The translations under genes and the position numbers were made by a program. The notes below the pieces were generated by a model, which was not told the DNA's origin, made no database searches, and saw nothing but the letters and a program-made list of their open reading frames with translations. Shown in pieces: positions 22,577-30,952 of a stretch of 30,952 nucleotides of DNA. Where the stretch lies: the NCBI GenBank assembly GCA_000388065.2, contig KB932201.1. The stretch is one strand, 5' to 3'. This DNA is from Fonticula alba ATCC 38817 (lineage: Eukaryota; Protista; Nucleariida). The stretch's first letter is position 1. Each line of letters opens with the position of its first letter.

Positions 22577-24131
22577 ATGTCCCTGCCGGACAGCTCCTCC
22601 GGCCAGCAGGCCGTGGCCATTGACCCGAACAATGTCTTCTGCTTTCTAGATCTCGCGGTGGGCGACAAGTCCAGTATGTACAATTCACAAAGCCTTCTCA
22701 CACCTCCTCCCCCCCCCTCTCTCTCTCTCTCTCTTCCACCCCGACACTTACCCCAATTGCACCCCCCTCTCTCGATCACTACCCTAAACTAGTGGGTCGC
22801 ATCATTATCGAACTCTTCCGCGATACCCCCCTGGCGACGGAAAACTTCCGGGCACTGTGCACCGGCGAGAAGGGCGCCCCGCTACACTATGCAGGGGTGC
22901 CGCTCCATCGGATTATCCCGCACTTTATGATCCAGGGAGGTGACGTGACAAGCCGCGATGGCCGTGGCCTGGCTTCCATCTACGGCGAGCCGTATGTGGC
23001 CGACCCGGCGGGGTTGGCACGGCGGCATGATCAGGCCGGCTTGTTGTCATTGGCCAACCGGGGGGACCCCAATCGGAATGGGTCCCAATTTTTCATCACC
23101 CTGGCCGCGTGCCCACACCTCGACGGCAAGCATTGCATCTTCGGTCGAGTTATCGGCGCGGACGGCCTGGCCACGCTTCGACGCCTGGTGGCTGGCGTGA
23201 CCACCGACGAGAAGGACCGGCCGTTGGAGCGGGTGTTCATCGCGCGTTCCGGCGAGCTGGCCTTCAAGAAGTCGCATGCCTCGGGCGCTGACGATGCACA
23301 GGCGGGCGACATGTCATCGCGCGATGAGCGCCGTCGAAAGCGTCGGCGTCGGAGCAGTCGCAGTTCAGCCGACGATGAGGATGACTCGAGCAGCCGTCGT
23401 CGTCGGCGGCGTCGCCGCTCTGATGGCGATCGCAGTCGTCGTCGGCGACGTCGGCGTGATGACTCGCGCTCTCGCTCGCGCTCTCGTTCGCACTCGGATT
23501 CGCGCTCGCGCTCGCGTTCGCGTTCGCATTCGCCCTCGGTCTCCCGTTCGCCGGTTGACAGGCGCCCTCGAGCTCCCCTGCCGCCGATTGACCGCCATCG
23601 CTCGCCATCCCCCTCGCGCTCGGCCACTGGTGCCAGCAGCCGCCCGGGCAGTGTCAGCCCCGCGCCTCGGGATCGGTCGCAGTCTCCGGCACGCTCGCTG
23701 TCGCCGGCAAGTCGGTTCAGCATGCCTGGCGAGCGCCTTTCCCGGCGGGATCGCTTCGAAGAGCGCCAGCGTCAGGCATCTCTGTCGTATGAACGCGGCC
23801 GTGGCCACAGCGGCAGCATCGGCTCCAGGCACTCGACTTCGCGTGGTGACCAAGAGACGCCCCGCACGCGCATCAACACCTCATCTGACACCCGGCCCAC
23901 CCATGATGATGGCGGTCGTGGCGACAATGTGTCTTACCGGCGTGAATATGACAGCGAGCATCGGGCCCGGCTACAGCAAGCCCGCGCCGAGGGCCGTTAT
24001 CCTAGATCCCTCCAGCGTGCGGTCGGCCGGCTGGGTAGCGATCGCCTGACCACATCTTCCTCTGGCGCGCCCACTGGGCGGATCTACAAGGGCCGTGGTA
24101 CCATGGTGCGCCATGGCCTTCTGTGTCTGTC

Positions 24132-24184
<53 letters not shown>

Positions 24185-24302
24185 CCACCCACACACCCAC
24201 ACACGCCCACACCCCTCCCCCTTCCCGGCCCTCCTCTTTGCATCGCTCTTCCCCACGGCACAACGCGTGTAGCGCTTCGTCACCCCGCCGAAGTACCGGT
24301 AG
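22577..24302 (+). CDS. Cyclophilin-type PPIase with long Arg/Ser-rich C-terminal domain (PPIG/SR-cyclophilin-like), 479 aa; exons 22577-22673, 22793-24105 and 24273-24302
   Basis: FCFLDL..GDKS|MGRIIIELF..ENFRALCTGEKG..HRIIPHFMIQGGD..GLLSLANRG..NGSQFFIT..HLDGKHCIFGRV is a cyclophilin core with the catalytic Arg/Phe/Gln intact. It is followed by RRRR runs and RS dipeptide repeats and ends YKGRGTM|RFVTPPKYR*. Confidence 0.9.
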
Positions 24303-27300
24303 GGAATGTAGTGCGATGTATTCTCCACACCTTTCTTCCTGCATGCGCTGATGGCGGCGTCACACTCGGCCCGGCATTGCACGCATGGCCACCTCTCCCA
24401 CCGCCTTGCCTTCTCTGTTCAGCCTTCCCCTCAGGGGGGGGGGGGGGGAGAGGGTCCGACAATACGGGAATTGTCGCCCCTCCCTCTTCCGCTGGAATCC
24501 CCTTTCTTGCCTTTTCCTGCGAACTCCGCCCCCCCCCCCCCCCCCTCGCCGAGGGCCAGAGGACCAGTCTATGCTGGCGGGACCGCGTACGCCCGATCGG
24601 CCCACACACCACCCCGCCCTGGTCGTCAGGCTGCGGCTTGTGTCCTGCCCCGCCGGGCGTCCGGCGCCACCCGGCCCATGCGTGGGCACTCAACTCAGTG
24701 ATCATTCACTTAATAGACACGTAGAGACTGTTCCTTTGGCGCAAGATCCCCAGTCCGTCAGTGGGCCTACCACCTGAGTTACGAGTCGTACGCGGCGAGA
24801 CCTCGCCGGTGGGTTTGGCATTCTAAGTAGCATTCCTCTTGGGAGACGTGCGGAGGAGGCAGCACAGTGCGGGCGGCCACCGAGCTCGAGAACGGTGCAC
24901 GCGCCCGACGATGGAGGGGAGACAGTCCAGTGGGCGGGCCTGGTTAGGGAGTCCTCAGATTTGCCCCTCTCAACCAAAGCCCAAAGTCTATTAGCGGGTC
25001 CCGCCGGGGAGTCTCCCGAGAGCGAAGACCCAGGGCAACTATGTGTCAAAGAGCATGCGAGAGCAACACCGAAGCACCGCCGGCGGACGGCTGTTCTAGG
25101 GGGCCCTTTTCAAGCATGGGAGGTTCTTTCTCTTTTACTTACACCGACCTGGCCTTAACCCGTGAGAGCACCACACGCCCCATGGTAATCATGTGCATAT
25201 CATCCACTCCACGGGCCCCAGCCGGGCCTGCGGATGGCTGCATTAATCGCCGTCCTTCGGTGACTGGGCCTCGGACTTGGGGGAGGAAGGATATGGCCTA
25301 GCTGCCCGGTGCAGGGGACGGGTGGGGGGCCTCGGGCCGAGGGGGAACTCCCTCCCCCCCTCCCCCCACAAAAAGTGCCAGGTGGGGGCGGCGAAGGGAT
25401 GTGCTGGGGAGGGGGGGTAGCAGGGCGCTTAGGGTGTGTGTGTGTGTGTCAACGCCAATCCGGCCGAGGCGGCGCGCGGAGGGGGGGGGGGGGGGGGGGA
25501 TGGCGGCGGGGGGAACGCGTTTGAGTTGTACCCCTGAGCTCAGGAAAAAGTACCCCGTTCTCGTGGCCGTGCGGGAGGAACATTTTCCCAGGCCCCAACA
25601 CTCGCTCAGTTTCCGGACTCCCGCCCCTTCCCTTGCGGTGCTCATGCGCAGGGACCCAACAGCGCCCGGGGGCCGTCTTGTTACCCTTGGAATGCTCTGC
25701 CCCCCACGAAAAAGCGCAAGAGACTGCTCCGGGGGCAGGGGAGTGCTCTCAAACTTGCCCTGTTGCCTCCCGCCCCCCTCCTCCGCGGCGGCAGAGGAAT
25801 GTGGCTGGAGCACCTTCAGCGGGGGGCGATGCCGCCGCGGGCGCAACGGTCTCTCGTGCCTCCCTCGACTTTGGGGGCGAGCGGGCCGGGGGGCAGGAGG
25901 CGGAGGGGGGGGGGGGGGGGGGTCGCTGCTCAGTCAAAGCAGGATGGGCTCACCGGTCTCTCCTTCAAACAAAGTAGACCAGTAGCTGCTGGTGTGCATG
26001 TGTGTCTGTGTGTGTGCGTTTGTGGGCTGGGAGCAGGCCATCCCTTGGCCTGTTGTGTGTGCGCATGTATCCGGCGAGGGGGCCCGAGGCCACAGGCGTG
26101 GTGCCCCTCACGCCTTCGAGCACTTGGGCGGCTGCCCTGATGTCGCTCGCCGGTGCGGGCCGGCGACGTGTTTCCGCCGCCTGGCGGGGGTGCGCAAGCA
26201 TGCGTTGGGTATATTCCGATGGGACCGGGGAACGCCCTGGCTTCCGGCTGCTCTGCTCGTCCACGCTCCCGTGGCCCCGGGCTCGAGACTGTCCGCCGTG
26301 AGGCGCCCCCCCTCCCACCAAACCCCGGTCATAATGAGCCACACTCCCATGCCGGCCCCCCCCCCCGCCTCCCCCCCGTCTGCTACAACGGCGGGCCACC
26401 TGCCCGTGGAGGTGGCTGATCATCCGCGCCCCTGCGGGCGAGACAGGGCAACAACACCTTCGCTCAGTTTTCCCCCCCGGACAGGGGGGCGGCCCTGTGC
26501 CACGAAATAAGTACCGGCATCCTGGCCTTCTCTTGGCGGCATGCGCAGCGGGCCGCCCCCTCCTCCCGAGGCCGATGATACGTTCTCCGGCGACCTCGGG
26601 CGGGCACGAGGGGGGGGGGACGGCATGAACAGGCAGGAGTAGGCCGCAAAAAGGCAGCGAGCAGCTCCCTGCGGAAGGGGAGGACAGTCGACACAGGCAG
26701 GCAGGGCCGCCTGGGGCAACATCCACAGAGGACAGACAGGCACGCAGCTCCCGCCTTTCTGAAGGCCAGCAAGACCCGGGGACAGGCCCACAGCCCCCGT
26801 GCATTGGAGGCTCCTCCCCGCACCTCTCTCTCTCTCTGTCTCTCCCCGTCTCGGTCCCCCTGGCGCGGCTAGTGGGGGCTGCCCCCGGCAGAGCCCCGAT
26901 CGTCAGACTCGGCTGCTCCGTTGCCCGCGCGGAGGAATGCCCACCTCTGCTAAGGCCTCCACAATGTGTTGCCCTACCACTGTCCGCCGCATTGCTGGCC
27001 AAAATTACTTGTCCCGGGGGGAGGGGCGGTGTTGGGCGCGCCCCCGCCTTCCCCCCCCCCCCCTGGCCGTCCTCTGTGTAATTATTGTTTTAAAGCTGCA
27101 ACCTCCTGCATAGGACGCCTTCCTGCACTCGCCCGGGTCTTCCGAGTTCCCGGGGACCGGGGGGGCGGGGCGGCACGATCGTCCGCCCGGGTTCGATCAG
27201 TCCCCCCCCCCCCGGCCCGGCCCGGCCCCTCATCCCGGAGGGCGAAAGGGGTCCCCGCCCTGAGGAGCACCACCGGTCCCTGTATTCAAAATGGATGCTC

Positions 27301-28277
27301 GTCTCGGTCGGGGTGAGGTACGCGGGCAGGGGCGGAGGCGGCCGTCCTGTTGTTCTATCCCCCCCCCCTGCGCCCTGTAGCCTCCCTCCGGCTCAAATAG
27401 CTGACCACACGGGGAGGGGGCCCCAGCCCATGGCTGGTGGGAAGCGGACACTGCGTGCCCCCCCCCCCCCCCCGGCGCCCGGTTGCAGAGTCTCGGGCAT
27501 CGGGAAAACAATCGCAGTTGATCCTCCCACTCCTTGCCCGGCCCCTCTTACCGGGCCTGCTCGCCGTTGCTGCTCTCCAGCGGCCGGCAGGCCAGGCGGA
27601 AGGGCGGAGGGGGCAAGGCTGGCGGTGTAGGCGGCGGCGCCCTTCCGCGCTCGTCGGCCTCCCCGGCCGCCTGGTGGTGTTGATGCGAGGGGTCCCCACA
27701 CCGCACGCCTTGTGGCGAACAGCCAGGGGGCCCCGGGCACCGCCCCGCGGGAGGATGGCGCGCGCCGGTCTCGCCCCATTTCCCCCTTTCCCCCGGCTCT
27801 GGTCGACCGACCATCGGCTGGGTAAGGGAGAGAGAGGGCAGGGGCGCCGGAGCTGCCCCGGACAGGGGCGCGCTTCTCCCCCTGCCCCCCGGCGCGTTGG
27901 CTGAGGGGACACAGAGCGGGTTGGGCAGGGGTCGCTTGACTGTAACAGGCGGAAGGGTAAGCAAGCAAAGGAGTGTATGAAAGGGGGAGTGGTACGGGTT
28001 TAGTGTGTGTGTGTGTGTGAGGCGGGCGGGGGGGCGCATGGATGTAAATGTGTGTGCTGTGTATGCTGGGTGTGAGTATGCGGGCGCCGGGTGCGGGGGA
28101 TATATGGGCATTTGGCTGAAAGTACGTGGCGGCGCAGCGCAGGGCGCCGGCCGGCCAAGCGCCGGCGCAGGCATCTCCGCCCGCCGCGGTGGTGCGAGCT
28201 GTCTCTGGACTGCGAGCTGGACACTTTTCTGATCGGGTGCACGACCCTTGAGCGCGCCGCTCGCGCCACACTAAGCC

Positions 28278-29050
28278 NNNNNNNNNNNNNNNNNNNNNNN
28301 NNNNNNNNNNNNNNNNNNNNNNNNNNNNNNNNNNNNNNNNNNNNNNNNNNNNNNNNNNNNNNNNNNNNNNNNNNNNNNNNNNNNNNNNNNNNNNNNNNNN
28401 NNNNNNNNNNNNNNNNNNNNNNNNNNNNNNNNNNNNNNNNNNNNNNNNNNNNNNNNNNNNNNNNNNNNNNNNNNNNNNNNNNNNNNNNNNNNNNNNNNNN
28501 NNNNNNNNNNNNNNNNNNNNNNNNNNNNNNNNNNNNNNNNNNNNNNNNNNNNNNNNNNNNNNNNNNNNNNNNNNNNNNNNNNNNNNNNNNNNNNNNNNNN
28601 NNNNNNNNNNNNNNNNNNNNNNNNNNNNNNNNNNNNNNNNNNNNNNNNNNNNNNNNNNNNNNNNNNNNNNNNNNNNNNNNNNNNNNNNNNNNNNNNNNNN
28701 NNNNNNNNNNNNNNNNNNNNNNNNNNNNNNNNNNNNNNNNNNNNNNNNNNNNNNNNNNNNNNNNNNNNNNNNNNNNNNNNNNNNNNNNNNNNNNNNNNNN
28801 NNNNNNNNNNNNNNNNNNNNNNNNNNNNNNNNNNNNNNNNNNNNNNNNNNNNNNNNNNNNNNNNNNNNNNNNNNNNNNNNNNNNNNNNNNNNNNNNNNNN
28901 NNNNNNNNNNNNNNNNNNNNNNNNNNNNNNNNNNNNNNNNNNNNNNNNNNNNNNNNNNNNNNNNNNNNNNNNNNNNNNNNNNNNNNNNNNNNNNNNNNNN
29001 NNNNNNNNNNNNNNNNNNNNNNNNNNNNNNNNNNNNNNNNNNNNNNNNNN
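28278..29050. other. Scaffold gap (773 N)
   Basis: Run of N; a second 10-N gap lies at 30358-30367. Confidence 0.99.
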
Positions 29051-29084
29051 CCCCCCCCCCCCCCCCCCCCCCCCGTGCCCGACT

Positions 29085-30838
29085 GTGTGTCCCCTGGCGG
29101 GCGTGCCCATAGAGATGACGCCATCTGCCCGGCTGCGCGCGTCCATCCTCGAATCGCCCAATGCCATGGAGTCCATCGCTTTCGGGGCAGTTTCCACGCG
29201 CGCCATCCCCGATCTGGTCCCCACCGCCAGTAAGATTCCCTGCTCCGCGGAGGCGGACGCAGATGCCGAGGCTGCGACCTCCCCGCCGGTCACCCCCGGG
29301 GCCGCTCTTTCAGCCCTGTCGATGCTAAACAGCGCGGCAGCAGGAGAGGCGCCACCTGATGCCGGGACTGGGGGCATGCGACGCTTCGCTGTTCTGCGGC
29401 GAGTGAGCGCGCCGCGCGTGGCGGCGGCCGCCGCCGCGCGTGCTGCCATTGCCACTTCCTCCGTGGCCGCTGGTGGGAGTGGGCACTCACGCCAGCCGTC
29501 GCGTGCGCACAATTCTCTGATCGCCGCGCCGGAGTCCCTATCGACTGATGAGGAATGTGAGCGCCCGCCTGCGGGAGCCCGGCCATCCTCCGTGCCGAGT
29601 TCAGATGAGTCCGACTTGTCGGCCTCCGGCGGTCATGGGTCGGGTGCCGATCATTCCACCCGGCCTGGCGGCAGTGCGCCTGGCAGCAGCAGTGACAGTG
29701 ACAGCAGCAGCGGCAGCTGCGATTCGGACTCGGATGATTCCTTGAACTCGGATTCCGGCTCGATCGTGGAGTTTTCCGACGGCTCGGATACCGAGTCCGG
29801 TGCCGGGCGCGGGCGCATGCCCTGGGAGCGTCACTCCGACACGCTGGAACGCATGCCCTCATTGTCGGTACTCCCGACGATGCTGCCTCATCCTGGACGC
29901 GGCGACATTGACCCTGCTGTGCTGGCGCACTACATGCAGCTGGCCATCGGCAGTGGCGGCGAGGAGGATGGCGACGGGTCGGAGAGCGATTTCGATGGGA
30001 GCATCGCCATTGGGGGTGCCGATGGCGACGCCCCAGGCAGTGACCGGGCATCCGGTACGGCTGGGCCGCCAAATGACGCCGCCATCCTCCGGCGACTGGA
30101 GGCCGCCCGCCAGGGTGACCTGCCGGAGGGCGAGCATCTCTTCTTCACGCTGGATCAATATCTTCGCCTGACGACGCATCACAATGTCCCTTGGGACCAT
30201 TTTGTGTGGGATTACGAGCGTCTGACCACAACGCTGCCTCTGCGGCCGGGTGATGGCGGCGAGGCGCGAGCCTGCACCGTTTCCGGGCCATCGGATTTGC
30301 CGCCTCCTGCCCGTGCGTGTCTTACTCTCGCGTTTTCTTTTTGCCCCCGCCCCCCCCNNNNNNNNNNCCTCCCCCACCTCCTCCCCCTGACGTGCCTTGC
30401 GCTTGCAGAGGCAACCGCGGCGGCAAGCTATGCCATCTCCCCGGGTCGACGCTTCCGACTGCTCGGCGCCGGCCTCCCCCACAACGGAGACTTCCTGCTC
30501 GACGTCCTCTCTGATTGTTGAGCCCGCCCTCTCGCCGCGATCCGTATCACCGGTCCCGTCCGCTGGCCCGTGTGGCGGCGGCATGTCGGCCGACAGCGAG
30601 GCACCCCCCGCCGGCTTGGCCGACACACATGACGATTCCGAGCTCAGTGTCATTGCATACACCAATGTGGCGGCCTGCTCCACAGTCACGGCTACCACCG
30701 GCGCTGCTTGCGATGCTGCCACCGCCACGACTGACGAGGAGGTCGAGGAGGGCGATGACACCGACACCGAGGAGAGCGATGATGACGATAGCTCCTCGGA
30801 CTCCGGCGACTCGGTTGTCGACCTGGGCGAGGAGCGGG
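29085..30838 (+). CDS. Partial hypothetical Ser/Asp/Ala-rich protein (internal exons); probably starts in or before the 28278-29050 gap and continues past the window
   Basis: A long stop-free frame from 29085 has coding-like codons and D/S-rich tracts. An acceptor CAG at 30408 leads into a D/E-rich frame that ends at a GTACGC donor at 30839. The donor joining the two frames is unresolved, and no domain was recognised. Confidence 0.5.
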
Positions 30839-30952
30839 GTACGCCTCCTGCGCCCACTTGCTGCCCTTCCTCTCGTGAATCGCCTTGGTCCTCTTCCAAC
30901 CCTCTCTGACCATTTCCCTGGCCCCTGCCTGCTCTGTCCCTCCCCCCCCCCC

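Noticed and set aside
23031-24049. ORFs overlapping the cyclophilin RS domain in other frames or on the other strand
   Set aside because: They are by-products of repetitive Arg/Ser codons that lack stops.
27180-27205. GGTTCGATC T-loop-like word suggesting a tRNA
   Set aside because: No acceptor, D or anticodon stems can be formed around it.
24700-28277. Numerous 60-340 aa Pro/Gly/Arg-rich ORFs
   Set aside because: They show no recognisable domain, codon bias or consistent splice model. A divergent gene cannot be excluded but is unsupported.
1-30952. CRISPR arrays, prokaryotic operons or defence systems, intact transposons
   Set aside because: The DNA is spliceosomal-intron eukaryotic sequence. 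Repeats are homopolymers and CT/CA/CG microsatellites, with no repeat-spacer periodicity and no transposase or RT motifs seen.

Overview
GC-rich, intron-rich eukaryotic genomic DNA from a draft assembly (N gaps at 28278-29050 and 30358-30367). Introns have GT(A/G/T)(C/T/A)G-type donors, CTAAC/CTGAC-like branch points and CT/CA-repeat tracts. Gene content fits a unicellular opisthokont-like protist, but I cannot prove the taxon. Six spliced genes were rebuilt by hand with frame-consistent GT-AG junctions: RPB9 (-), RPL5 (-), RPL14 (+, head-to-head with RPL5), TAPT1/EMP65-like (-), SNX17-like PX-FERM sorting nexin (+) and an RS-domain cyclophilin (+). There is also a frameshifted furin-repeat receptor kinase pseudogene at the left end and a gap-broken low-complexity hypothetical gene at the right end. 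Most entries in the ORF track are spurious GC-rich frames. The best leads are a 24-nt motif (TGTCGGATGT-N4-TGCATC-N-GCC) shared in sense orientation by the first introns of both ribosomal protein genes, and a perfect 16-bp GC hairpin in RPL14 intron 2. An Illumina adapter fragment is assembled inside a poly-G run. I found no tRNA, rRNA, CRISPR array or intact transposon.
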